Notes under the pieces: model-generated | The model's input: the letters and a program-made list of their open reading frames with translations, nothing else | The model's database searches: none | Told to the model about the DNA's origin: nothing | Made by a program: the position numbers and the translations under genes | Origin: a virus | Strand: one strand, 5' to 3' | Length of the DNA: 42,307 bases | Virus record (IMG/VR): IMGVR_UViG_3300037474_000239 | In this document: piece after piece, positions 32,995-41,520 of the stretch | How positions within the stretch are numbered: position 1 is the first letter of the stretch | How the letters are laid out: the number at the start of each line of letters is the position of its first letter

Positions 32995-33237
32995 ATGAAA
33001 CCAGCGCTTGCTGCACTCCTCCTGCTCGTCGGATGCTCCGCGAGCTACCTCGGCTTGACCAAAGCGCAACTCGTCGACCGGCATGGCGTTCCCAACCGCA
33101 CAGTGAAGCTGGACGACGGCGGCGAGGCCTGGGAGTACGAACCCAAGATCACCTATCTTTTCCGCAACGGTGTGGTGGTCGAGCGGAAAAGACACTGGTC
33201 GTTCGGCGTGTCCGTTAATGACCACGGGGATCGCTGA
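32995..33237 (+). CDS. BamE/SmpA-OmlA-like outer-membrane lipoprotein (80 aa). Opposite-strand moron inside the tail module.
   Basis: MKPALAALLLLVG|CSAS lipobox. LGLTKAQLVDRHGVPN...GGEAWEYE...YLFRNGVVV matches the BamE-like pattern. AGAGAGG RBS. High GC3 on the plus strand. Confidence 0.65.
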   Translation: MKPALAALLLLVGCSASYLGLTKAQLVDRHGVPNRTVKLDDGGEAWEYEPKITYLFRNGVVVERKRHWSFGVSVNDHGDR

Positions 33238-33239
33238 GA

Positions 33240-33935
33240 TCATGTCCCCAGCCTGATCTGGATGTTGTCCGCGATGTTGCGCAGGATCCCAGGGTTTCTC
33301 TGCGTCGCCTGCGCCTGTTGTCCCGCCCCCGTCGTCAGATTCCCCGCCAGCCCCAGCCGCCGCTGCATCTCTCTATCCGCATTCCCCGTCAGTCCCTGCG
33401 CATACTGCGACAGTAAGTTCCCCGCCTCCTGCTCTCCCATCTGGTAGCGCTGGCCGTAGGCGTCCCGCGCCGCCTGATCCCGCGCGCTCAGACGGTCGAG
33501 GTTCGCCATGTACATCTTGGTGTAGGCGTCCGACGCCGCGCGGCCGCCGGATGAGGCGATCTGGGCGAGAGCGTTGCCGGCGATGTCAGAAGAGCTGCCG
33601 TCTCCGGTCAGCCCCTTCAAGTACTGTTCCATGATCCCCTGACCGAAACGCTGCCTGGTGTCACGCTCGATGTCGTTGAGGGTGTTATTGAGCCCCGTCT
33701 GGTCGACCTCACTGCGGACCTGGTCCACCGAAGACGGTGCCTGGATGGAATTGATGTAGTCGCTGAAGGTGCCGCCGCCGGCGAGGCCGCCGGCCCGGTC
33801 CGTGGCCTCCCGGAGGAAGTCGTAGTTCACCGCGGGCGCGGCATCGCGCAGGAAGTCGAGGTTCGGCGGCTTGTAGGTTGTGCTGCTTCCGCCGCCGAAG
33901 AGCGCCCGGCCGGCGTTGCTCAAGAAATTCGCCAT
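33240..33935 (-). CDS. Virion-module protein (231 aa), gp14-like by position.
   Basis: AGGGGGA RBS. Gly/Gln/Ala-rich. Confidence 0.45.
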   Translation of the reverse strand: MANFLSNAGRALFGGGSSTTYKPPNLDFLRDAAPAVNYDFLREATDRAGGLAGGGTFSDYINSIQAPSSVDQVRSEVDQTGLNNTLNDIERDTRQRFGQGIMEQYLKGLTGDGSSSDIAGNALAQIASSGGRAASDAYTKMYMANLDRLSARDQAARDAYGQRYQMGEQEAGNLLSQYAQGLTGNADREMQRRLGLAGNLTTGAGQQAQATQRNPGILRNIADNIQIRLGT

Positions 33936-33943
33936 TTTTCCCC

Positions 33944-36661
33944 CTATTCCGGCACTACGTCCGGCGTAAAGTCCAAGGTCGCGCCGAGGATCCGCCAGAA
34001 CGTCGTGCCGGAGACCGCAAACTTGACGCTGATGTTCCGCCCCGACTGGGCCTGCGAGAACGGGAACGATAGACGGAAGTTCTGGATGCCCGCGTCCTCG
34101 TTCATGACCTGGCTGGCGAGGCTGTAGTCGGTGGAAGTGTCGCCGTTGAGCTGGAAGGTCGAGGCGAGCGTCTGGGCGCTCAGCTCCGTGGTGACCTCCA
34201 GGTCGTCGTAGGCGTTGGAGAGGTTCGGCCCGGACGGCGAGTATGTGGCCGTCCTGAAATACGCCGAGATCGCTGATCCCGCGTCGGCGTAGGCGGTCTC
34301 ATATTGGAAGACGCCGCTTGAATTCCCGAAGAAGAGGTTGCCGTTGTAGAGCACCAACGACGCCGCGCTGATCCCGCTATACCTCTGCCATTGGCGGTTG
34401 CGGTCGAAGACGATCACGCGGTTGTTGCTGGTCGAATTCTGAGATACTCCAAGCCAGTAGCGCTGTCGGAACCAGGTCGACGGGGTCTTCGTCGTGTTGC
34501 CCTCCGACCAGGACAAGGTCAGGCTGTGGTTGGTGGGGTTCTGAGTCGACACGGCGATCGTCTCCGTTTCCCCCACGCGGACGTAGGCCGACGTCGAGAG
34601 CGTGATGAAGGATCCAGATGTGATGGTCTGGCTCGAGACGAATTGGGCCGTGGGGACACCGTTGGTGATGGTCATGACGGTATCGGTATCGGTGTAGACC
34701 GCGTACGCCACAGTCCCGCCGTCGGCAGTCGTGTCGGCGCCAAAGGTGCCCCATGAGGTGGGGGACCCCGTGGCGATCGAGGAAGAGATGAAGGCGCCGT
34801 AGTTGGCCCGGGCGGCCAGGGTGACGTCGTCCAGGAACGGCAGCGCCGTGCCGTTGGTGCTGTTTCCCGTGGAAATAGTGACCACCCATCGAATGTAGCG
34901 GCGGAAGTCGGACGCCGGCGCGCTGCCCGTGGACCACGCCACCGCCGTCTGCCAGGTCGACCCGTTGGACGACGACTGGGTCTGCATGGTGATGGAGTGC
35001 CCATTCGTGGTCCAGCTCGCGCCGGACGATAGCCAGGCCGCGCTCGTGAGGGATGTGTCGAAGGCCTGGGACGAAAGCGTTCCCGAATAGATCGAGGAGC
35101 GGCCGCCGCCGAAGTTGTCGTAGGCGACGATGGCGTTGCTGCCCTGGGAGTAGGCGTAGAACGTCATCGTGCCGCCGGAGCACAGGAACGTTGCGGTCTT
35201 CACGCCGGAGCCGTTTTGACGGTAGGAATTGATCTTGATGTAGCGCCCTACGTAGGCGGAGAGGTCCACCGTGATCGGATTCCAGGCGCAGGTCGTCAGC
35301 GACGTGAAGTTGTATGGTGTCGCGAGGATGTTGCCCGCGGCATCTTGAATCTCCACTAAGATGGAATCGCTTCCGATCGGCGCAAGGCCGGTGGCACCCA
35401 CGAAAAACGAACCGCTTTGTGGACTGATGGTCCCGCAGGCTGTCCCCGTCAGGCTCGCCACTCGTGAGAGAGACGTCAGCGTCCACTCCGAGCCAACGGC
35501 GCTCTCGAAGCTGCCGTTGTCGACGGCGGTGTTGCTGGTCGAAAGATAGACCCGGTTGTCGACGACCGTGACGTTGGACGAAGACGTGAAGGCGTTGAAG
35601 TCCGCCGTGGCGGTGTCGGTGCGGGTCCAGGTGGTGAGCATGATGTCGCCGCTGACGATGGCCGAGGACTTCTGATATAAGGTGCCGTTGTTGTAGTCGG
35701 ACTGGGTGGTGAGGGTGAAGGAGCGGGAATTCGCGTCACCCTGGCCGATCTGGGACAGATACCCCTTGATGTTCTTGCCGATGTTCTCCAGGTGAGAGCC
35801 ATTCCACTCGTAGATGGTCCGGGCCGGGCCCAGCCACCGCAGGAGACCGTCGCAGTCGCGGATGCTATCGGGATAGGCGGTGCCTACGTTGTCAGAGTAG
35901 GTCCGGACCGTGAAGTCGGCGCGGCTGTTGCCATCGATGACGCCGAAACTCATGGATTTCATCCAAACGATGGCGTCACGGTGGCTTGAGTATAGGGCCG
36001 TCAGTGGTTCGTCTACGGCGCCTCCAATGACGAACTGAGCTGGATCCGTCACGGCCGGGTCCACGACCAGGTCCCAGCTCGTGCCGTCCCCGAACTTCGA
36101 GGCGAAGACCGTGCGCGGGAACGAACTATGCCCGGCGGCCCACAGGCGGTTCTTGTGGGCCACCAGCTGGGTGATCTTGAGGGAGGCCGATGCCACCACC
36201 ACGGAGCTCGTGTCCCAGTATTTGAGGCCGTCGGTGGTGCTGGCGAAGAAGAACTTGTCGCCCAGGACCGCGGCGGTGACGTTGATGTTGGCGGCGACGG
36301 TTGAGACCGTGATGCCGAAGCTGCAGCTCCCGGTGTCGGCCTTGAGCACGCCACCGCTCTGGATGATCTGATAGCGGGTGCCGTTGGAATGGGGGAAGAC
36401 CCAGGCGGCGGTGGCGGAAGAGGCGTTGCAGAGGGTGAAGCCATACCGCGGCGAGAGGCCCGGGCCCTCGTCAGTGACGACGTTCTCCGCGTCCGGCGTC
36501 TGTCCATCCGTGAGCGTGGCGGGGCTGTAGTCGGTATTGAGACCGGAGAATTGGTTGATGATGACGGTCTCGGACGTCGCCGGCGCCGCGCCCAGAAGGG
36601 CGATGCCCAGGACAGTCCAGATCGGCCCAAGGCGTGCCAGTTTCATGAGCCTCGCACCCAT
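33944..36661 (-). CDS. Tail nozzle/tubular-protein-B-like protein (905 aa; alternative ATG at 36646) with a signal-like N-terminus and a central carbohydrate-binding-like insert.
   Basis: MGARLMKLARLGPIWTVLGIALLGAAPATSETVIINQFSGLNTDYSP... Propeller-like KFFFASTTDGLKYWD and NRLWAAG. Size and order follow the adaptor-like gene, as in T7 gp11-gp12. Confidence 0.45.
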   Translation of the reverse strand: MGARLMKLARLGPIWTVLGIALLGAAPATSETVIINQFSGLNTDYSPATLTDGQTPDAENVVTDEGPGLSPRYGFTLCNASSATAAWVFPHSNGTRYQIIQSGGVLKADTGSCSFGITVSTVAANINVTAAVLGDKFFFASTTDGLKYWDTSSVVVASASLKITQLVAHKNRLWAAGHSSFPRTVFASKFGDGTSWDLVVDPAVTDPAQFVIGGAVDEPLTALYSSHRDAIVWMKSMSFGVIDGNSRADFTVRTYSDNVGTAYPDSIRDCDGLLRWLGPARTIYEWNGSHLENIGKNIKGYLSQIGQGDANSRSFTLTTQSDYNNGTLYQKSSAIVSGDIMLTTWTRTDTATADFNAFTSSSNVTVVDNRVYLSTSNTAVDNGSFESAVGSEWTLTSLSRVASLTGTACGTISPQSGSFFVGATGLAPIGSDSILVEIQDAAGNILATPYNFTSLTTCAWNPITVDLSAYVGRYIKINSYRQNGSGVKTATFLCSGGTMTFYAYSQGSNAIVAYDNFGGGRSSIYSGTLSSQAFDTSLTSAAWLSSGASWTTNGHSITMQTQSSSNGSTWQTAVAWSTGSAPASDFRRYIRWVVTISTGNSTNGTALPFLDDVTLAARANYGAFISSSIATGSPTSWGTFGADTTADGGTVAYAVYTDTDTVMTITNGVPTAQFVSSQTITSGSFITLSTSAYVRVGETETIAVSTQNPTNHSLTLSWSEGNTTKTPSTWFRQRYWLGVSQNSTSNNRVIVFDRNRQWQRYSGISAASLVLYNGNLFFGNSSGVFQYETAYADAGSAISAYFRTATYSPSGPNLSNAYDDLEVTTELSAQTLASTFQLNGDTSTDYSLASQVMNEDAGIQNFRLSFPFSQAQSGRNISVKFAVSGTTFWRILGATLDFTPDVVPE
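36640..36661 (+). repeat. Copy C of the 22-nt dispersed motif: GTTTCATGAGCCTCGCACCCAT.
   Basis: Overlaps both candidate start codons of the nozzle-like gene on the opposite strand. Confidence 0.9.
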
Positions 36662-36680
36662 CAGAGCGACCCCTGGCCGG

Positions 36681-37424
36681 TCACCGCGGCGCCGCCTGCA
36701 CAGACGGGGTGTAGTTCGGGGCGGCGCCAAACCGGGCCGACATGGTTTGGACGTAGCGCTCGTACTCCTTCAGGTAGAACTGGGACTCATCGAACTTGCC
36801 CTGAATGGCCTTGATCTTCGCCGTCACTTGGGCCACGATGACGTAGTGGTATGGCTTCAGGTGATTGAAGCCGTCGAAGGGCACGTCGGAGTCCGACGCC
36901 ATGTCCGAGGGGAAGTAGGCATACCAGACCTTCACCGTCCCGGTGGACGATGTCACCGGTACCGGCACGTAGGCGATCTCCAGGGCGTCGTTCGAATTCC
37001 CGGGGTAGCGGGTGAAGTAGTGGTCCGGCGTGCCGGAACTGGCCGCCTCGAAGTTGGCCTCGTCCTGGTAGACCTTCCGGAAAGAGAATTCATCGAGCCG
37101 CGTCGTTAGGCCAGAAGTGTCCGTGAAAGTCACGAGCTTTGCGGCGATGAAGTTGGACGGCAGCGCGTAGTAGGTCGTCCCCACCGTGAGGGCATAGGAC
37201 GTCGACGTTTCCACGCACCAGGTGAGGTTCACCACCTCCCGCTGCGCCTCATTGATCCAGTCGTCGAGGATGGCGTCCGAGTAGCGGTTTCCGGACGTGG
37301 CGGTGTCGCGGACGTTCCTCCGGATCTGGGTCTCCAGGTCCGCGAGTGTGAGCGCCCGCGCGCCGGCCGGCAGCAACGCCGCCAATCCCAGGGCAAGAAG
37401 AAGCGCTCTGCGAAGCCTTTGCAT
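36681..37424 (-). CDS. Tail adaptor/tubular-protein-A-like protein (247 aa) with a signal-peptide-like N-terminus.
   Basis: GAGGAGG RBS 8 nt before ATG 37424. MQRLRRALLLALGLAALLPAGARA|LTLADLETQIRRNVRD... Confidence 0.4.
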   Translation of the reverse strand: MQRLRRALLLALGLAALLPAGARALTLADLETQIRRNVRDTATSGNRYSDAILDDWINEAQREVVNLTWCVETSTSYALTVGTTYYALPSNFIAAKLVTFTDTSGLTTRLDEFSFRKVYQDEANFEAASSGTPDHYFTRYPGNSNDALEIAYVPVPVTSSTGTVKVWYAYFPSDMASDSDVPFDGFNHLKPYHYVIVAQVTAKIKAIQGKFDESQFYLKEYERYVQTMSARFGAAPNYTPSVQAAPR

Positions 37425-37438
37425 GGCCAGCCTCCTCG

Positions 37439-37867
37439 TCAGGACGGTCCGTTTCGCCGCGACAGCTCCTGGAAGTGCAGGTTCTCGGCCGCGGTGTGGA
37501 GCGAGAGGACCCACAGGCAGACGTCGCCGCCGAGCTGGTAGGTTCGGTCGGGCTCTCCCTTGACGAGCTCGATCGGCCGGACAGTCGTGGCGATGCTGGT
37601 CGACGTGCAGTTGCCGACGTGGGCGACCATGTTGGCGTTGTTTGATGCGGGAACGTCCAGGACGACCTCGGTGCGACTGTTCAGGGTGCGGCTGCTGGGC
37701 ACCTTGGTCCAGGCCGAGGTCGAGATGGACACGGTCGTGGGGGTGCCGTAGCGGGAGATCGAAGTCACGATGACCTGGGCAGGCTCCGCCGCGGCCGGCC
37801 GGGCCACCGAGATGGCCGCCATGACCAGGACCCCCCACAGGGGGGGAATGTGTATTTTCATTCTCAT
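37439..37867 (-). CDS. Hypothetical secreted-looking protein (142 aa).
   Basis: AGGAGA RBS. MRMKIHIPPLWGVLVMAAISVARPAAA|EP. Confidence 0.5.
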   Translation of the reverse strand: MRMKIHIPPLWGVLVMAAISVARPAAAEPAQVIVTSISRYGTPTTVSISTSAWTKVPSSRTLNSRTEVVLDVPASNNANMVAHVGNCTSTSIATTVRPIELVKGEPDRTYQLGGDVCLWVLSLHTAAENLHFQELSRRNGPS

Positions 37868-37877
37868 GGACGATCTC

Positions 37878-38534
37878 CTAGTGCGGGCAGGCGCCGGTGC
37901 CGGTGGAGACCGTGATGGAGGTCTGCACCGTCCCGGACGCCACGCACACCACCCCGTTCGTCGTGTCCTGGAACCTGGTGCCGATCGGGATGGGGTATGC
38001 CGTGTAATAGGCGGCCACATCCGACGCGGTCCGCGGCGCCGTGCTGGTGATCGCGCCAGTGAAGATCGGCATGATCGTCGTCTGGGCGGTCCCGGTGGAC
38101 ACGGAGAACACGTTCAGCGTCGTATCCAGGAACGGCGTCCCGGCCGGGATCGTGTACGCGGAGTAGAGCGCCGCCACGGCCGCCGCCGTTCTCGGCGCCG
38201 AACTCGTGACCACGCTCGCTCCCGCGGACGATGTGATGGGGCCGGAGAAGTTGCCCAGGACCCCATAGACGTTGGAGAACCGGAGCGAACTCGTTCCCAA
38301 CGCGTTGGTGTTGTCCGTGCCCGGCACCAGGTTGGCCGCTCCGATGGAGTTTCCGGAGGTGATCTTGAACTGGTACGTGTTGTTGCGACTGCCCTTCCCG
38401 AACCAGCCCGTGATGAGCCCGATCTCCTGTGCGGCATGGACGATGGCGGGGGCCAACAGGTTCCCCACAACGCCCAGGCCGAGACCCAGGGTCAGGACGG
38501 CCAGTATGAGGCCGAGCTTCTTGAAGTGCCGCAT
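37878..38534 (-). CDS. Fibre-like protein (218 aa) with an N-terminal hydrophobic anchor and an internal roughly 45-aa tandem repeat.
   Basis: MRHFKKLGLILAVLTLGLGLGVVGNLLAPAIVHAA. Repeat units SSAPRTAAAVAALYSAYTIPAGTPFLDTT..VSTGTAQT and STAPRTASDVAAYYTAYPIPIGTRFQDTT..VASGTVQT. Confidence 0.5.
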   Translation of the reverse strand: MRHFKKLGLILAVLTLGLGLGVVGNLLAPAIVHAAQEIGLITGWFGKGSRNNTYQFKITSGNSIGAANLVPGTDNTNALGTSSLRFSNVYGVLGNFSGPITSSAGASVVTSSAPRTAAAVAALYSAYTIPAGTPFLDTTLNVFSVSTGTAQTTIMPIFTGAITSTAPRTASDVAAYYTAYPIPIGTRFQDTTNGVVCVASGTVQTSITVSTGTGACPH

Positions 38535-38540
38535 GGCGCC

Positions 38541-38858
38541 CTACTCCTGCGCCGGCTGCCCGCCGGCGGCCTTGGCCTTGTCGGCCTGCGCCTTCGCTTC
38601 CTTGGCGGCCCTGGCCTTCCGCTGCATCTTGGTCTCCGGCTGCCCGCCGGCGGCCTTGGGGCCGTCGTACAGCAACACCACCAGGACCTGGCTGTAGCTG
38701 TTGGGCTTGACGTCGCCGGAGATCCCGATGTTCCGGACCTCCGCCTTGGGGTTGGCGTCCAGGAAGCCCTGGACAGCCTGGTCCACCCGGACCGAGATGC
38801 TCTTGTTCTCCCCGCGGGCGGCGGGGGACGATTCCACGAGAAGCGTTTTGACGTTCAT
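38541..38858 (-). CDS. Hypothetical protein (105 aa) with KAAGGQP x2.
   Basis: ATGA coupling. A 24-nt direct repeat in the coding DNA (about 38555 and 38639). Confidence 0.5.
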   Translation of the reverse strand: MNVKTLLVESSPAARGENKSISVRVDQAVQGFLDANPKAEVRNIGISGDVKPNSYSQVLVVLLYDGPKAAGGQPETKMQRKARAAKEAKAQADKAKAAGGQPAQE

Positions 38859-39343
38859 GCCACGATCCTCCTGTCTTCCCGAAGGTCAACGATCTTGCCG
38901 GCGTTCGGGTCGTCCGGCTCGCGTTCGCGGCGGAGGTTCTTGAGCCTGTCTTCCAACTGCCTCCGCCTCTGGTTCCTCGCCTGGTCCACCAGGGTGTCGA
39001 CCACCTTGTGGTAGTCCTTGGAGTCCGCGCGTTTGAGGTGGAAGTGCTGCGCCGGGACGACGTCCTTACGCAGCTCCTCCTCGATCTCTCGGATCTCCTT
39101 GTCGCGGGCCCGCCTGTAGGCGGCCGTCTCGTCATGGGGCGATCCGGCGTCCAGGATCGCCTGGAGCCGCTTGCGCTTCTGCGCCGTCACGACGGGGTCG
39201 TGGTTGCTGTCCCGCGGGTTCTGGTACCAGACGTCACCGACCCCAACGTCCGACGCCCCCACGCCGAGAGGGCCTTCGCCCAGCTCGGCGCGGAGTTGGT
39301 CGCGCTCCGTGGTGGTGAGGATCCTGCGCCTCGGCGGTCGCAT
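38855..39343 (-). CDS. Arg/Glu-rich hypothetical protein after the capsid gene (162 aa).
   Basis: ATG at 39343, 2 nt after the capsid stop. The longer ORF 38855..39895 in the track is an out-of-frame overlap with the capsid gene. Confidence 0.5.
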   Translation of the reverse strand: MRPPRRRILTTTERDQLRAELGEGPLGVGASDVGVGDVWYQNPRDSNHDPVVTAQKRKRLQAILDAGSPHDETAAYRRARDKEIREIEEELRKDVVPAQHFHLKRADSKDYHKVVDTLVDQARNQRRRQLEDRLKNLRREREPDDPNAGKIVDLREDRRIVA

Positions 39344-39345
39344 GA

Positions 39346-40245
39346 TCAGCTCACCGCGTGCCCGTACGTCCAGAACGGGTCGGCGCAACCGATGCCGTAG
39401 AAGCTGTAGACGACCCAGCGGGACACGAGCGAGGACAGCTCCTTGTCCTTCAGGGTCAGCTTCTTCTCGACGTTGAACCAGTACATCGCCTCCTTCATCC
39501 GGGCCTTGTTCAGCATCCCCCAGTTGTTGGTGTCGGCGATGACCCGGGACTCGATGACGTCGAACTGACCGTAGTAGTAGTTCGTGTTGTTGGTCACGGC
39601 GTCGGGCTTGCCCTTGGAGCCGACGATCTCGTTGGCGTAGGCGCACATGTCCGACGGCACCCAGATCGCGTCCGGCTTCCGATCGAAGAGGGGCTGGTCG
39701 TTGGGGCTGTTGAACTTCTTCATCAGAACCACTGTCGCGTCCACCGAGGAGTAGGCGAGCTCGGACGTCCCGAGGTTGCCCTGGTTGGAGCCGCCGACGT
39801 TGGAGGTGTGCGCGGTGTGGTACAGAGCCAGGGTGTCGCCAACCGTGAAGGTGGAGAAGCCCAGGTTCGCCCAGGCGTAGGTGGATGTGATCCACCGCAG
39901 CGGGAGCGCTCGGGAGAGGGCCTTCAGGCTGGACTCCACCACCGCCACCTGCTGCGTCTTGATGAGGCGGTACTGGATGGAGGTTCCCTTCACGTACTCC
40001 ACCATGGAGATGTTCTTCCGGTAATTCTGCTTCGCGCCTTCGAAGGCGATCTGCCCGGTGAAAGGCTCCGCCGCGCCGAGGTCTCCCGTAGTCAGGATCG
40101 ACTCGGTTTCCCGGTCGGTGTCCTTGACGGTGAAATACTTGCCAACCTCTTCCGGCACGTCGCCGGTCCAGGTGTCGATCTTCTTGCGGACCGAGGCGTC
40201 GATCGCGTCGGCCCAGTTCGCTTGTGTGGCTGGGGTTGCGGGCAT
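39346..40245 (-). CDS. Major capsid protein, HK97-fold-like (299 aa).
   Basis: Strong AAGGAGGAG RBS. Size and position. Capsid-like segments YFTVKDTDRETESILTTGDLGAAEPFTGQIAFEGAK and C-terminal WVVYSFYGIGCADPFWTYG. Confidence 0.7.
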   Translation of the reverse strand: MPATPATQANWADAIDASVRKKIDTWTGDVPEEVGKYFTVKDTDRETESILTTGDLGAAEPFTGQIAFEGAKQNYRKNISMVEYVKGTSIQYRLIKTQQVAVVESSLKALSRALPLRWITSTYAWANLGFSTFTVGDTLALYHTAHTSNVGGSNQGNLGTSELAYSSVDATVVLMKKFNSPNDQPLFDRKPDAIWVPSDMCAYANEIVGSKGKPDAVTNNTNYYYGQFDVIESRVIADTNNWGMLNKARMKEAMYWFNVEKKLTLKDKELSSLVSRWVVYSFYGIGCADPFWTYGHAVS

Positions 40246-40257
40246 GTCATCTCCTCC

Positions 40258-40983
40258 TTAGTCGATCGTGTAGCCGCCGGCGTTCCGGACCATGAGGTCG
40301 CAGAAGAACTTCGTGGCGCGGCCGGTGGCGTTGAGGCCGTCCAGGTTGTCGTGGACGGTGGGGTCGAGGATCTCGAGTCCGCGGACGGTGTTCTGGATCC
40401 AGTTCTGGAGAACGAGCATGGTCCAGGAACCGGCGGCGGCGTCCGTGCCGATCTTGTCGGCGGCGGCGTTCAGCTTCGCCAGCTGGTGGAAGAGGCGAAG
40501 GATCTTGATGACGGTGGTGTCCGAAGACCATCCCATCGCCGTCTTCTGCGTCGCCGAGCCCGAGGCCGAGGAGGCCAGGAAAGAGAGTTCGCCCGCCCCG
40601 GTACCGGTAACCGCGTAGGCCCAGCTGGTGTCGATGTTGTCTTCCAGGGACGTGATGGTGAGAGTCGTCCCGGAGTTGCTGGCCACGGCCGCGGTGTCGG
40701 TCAGGTCGTATTCGGACCGGATGACGGCGCCCGAGAAGGCCGGGCTAACCGTCCGCAGGTTCCATACCGTTCCCGTCACGAGGGTGTTGCCGGCTGTTGT
40801 CGCCAGAGGCCCCTGCAGGGCGCCGATGGCGTCGGCGCCGGCGGTCGCGGCCACGATGAGGACACCGAGGTCGGTGTCGGCCGTGACGCCGGGCATCAGC
40901 AGGGCCCCGTCCACCATGGCGGTGCCGCCGTGCTTGACGGGCCAGCTGAAGTACTGGCTTTCGATTGCGCTCAGAACTCGCAT
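40258..40983 (-). CDS. Ala/Gly/Thr-rich head protein (241 aa); decoration-like by its lambda D-before-E position.
   Basis: AAGGAGGAACAAAAG RBS. Immediately upstream of the capsid gene. Confidence 0.35.
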   Translation of the reverse strand: MRVLSAIESQYFSWPVKHGGTAMVDGALLMPGVTADTDLGVLIVAATAGADAIGALQGPLATTAGNTLVTGTVWNLRTVSPAFSGAVIRSEYDLTDTAAVASNSGTTLTITSLEDNIDTSWAYAVTGTGAGELSFLASSASGSATQKTAMGWSSDTTVIKILRLFHQLAKLNAAADKIGTDAAAGSWTMLVLQNWIQNTVRGLEILDPTVHDNLDGLNATGRATKFFCDLMVRNAGGYTID

Positions 40984-41009
40984 CTTTTGTTCCTCCTTGG
41001 AGACGGAAA

Positions 41010-41060
41010 AGGGGCCGTGAGACCAAAGATCAATCGCTTGATCTTGGCTTCACGGCCCCT
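41010..41060 (-). terminator. Long imperfect stem-loop (about 20 bp) followed by TTTTCC on the minus strand, just upstream of the RBS of gene 40983. Could be an attenuator, a processing site or a stabiliser.
   Basis: AGGGGCCGTGA..CCAAAGATCAA-tcgc-TTGATCTTGG..TCACGGCCCCT, read directly. Confidence 0.45.
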
Positions 41061-41154
41061 AAGTGCCGTCTAGAGCGCGCCGGCTTTAGGCCGGAATTTC
41101 ACCTCGGAGCTTATCCCTCGGTCGCGCTTTCAATTTGATGAGCGGGGTTTCCGC

Positions 41155-41484
41155 TCAGAACCTGGTTACTCGCCTCCTGGTCATGGACAAGAGCGGCCTC
41201 ACGCGCCGCCTGTTCAGCGTCTTCGAGTCGGTCCGGCGTGGATTTGCCATCGCCGCCCACCGGAAGCGTCCGCAGCATGGGCAACCGGCCCTTGCTTCCA
41301 CGCTCGAGACGACACTGCTGGCCGTCGTCACCACGTTCCCGTCAGCCACGTTCTCCGGGGCCGTGTTGGACCTCAGCCTCGCGTTCACCGGGAACCCGCA
41401 CCAGCGGCACTTATAGCGGCCGGTGATGCCAAGCTGCTTGCCGTTCCCCCCTCCGGTGACGATGTCGACGAATCCGTAGGCCAT
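41155..41484 (-). CDS. Zinc-ribbon protein with an Arg-rich tail (109 aa) in the head module.
   Basis: GGAGGA RBS. CRWCG ... CPCCG. High GC3 throughout. Confidence 0.5.
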   Translation of the reverse strand: MAYGFVDIVTGGGNGKQLGITGRYKCRWCGFPVNARLRSNTAPENVADGNVVTTASSVVSSVEARAGCPCCGRFRWAAMANPRRTDSKTLNRRRVRPLLSMTRRRVTRF

Positions 41485-41520
41485 CTATCCTCCAACGGTA
41501 TTTCGGCCCGCCGCAGCCCA

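Noticed and set aside
32911-33243. Minus-strand ORF (110 aa) that would keep the tail module uninterrupted.
   Set aside because: It is the antisense shadow of the plus-strand lipoprotein gene, which has a perfect lipobox, an RBS and better codon bias.
36681-37838. The 385-aa version of the adaptor-like ORF in the track (start at 37838), and the 928-aa version of the nozzle-like ORF (start at 36730).
   Set aside because: The N-terminal extensions are Arg/Gly/Pro-rich and overlap the upstream genes out of frame. Internal ATGs at 37424 and 36661/36646 have proper RBSs and abut the upstream stops.
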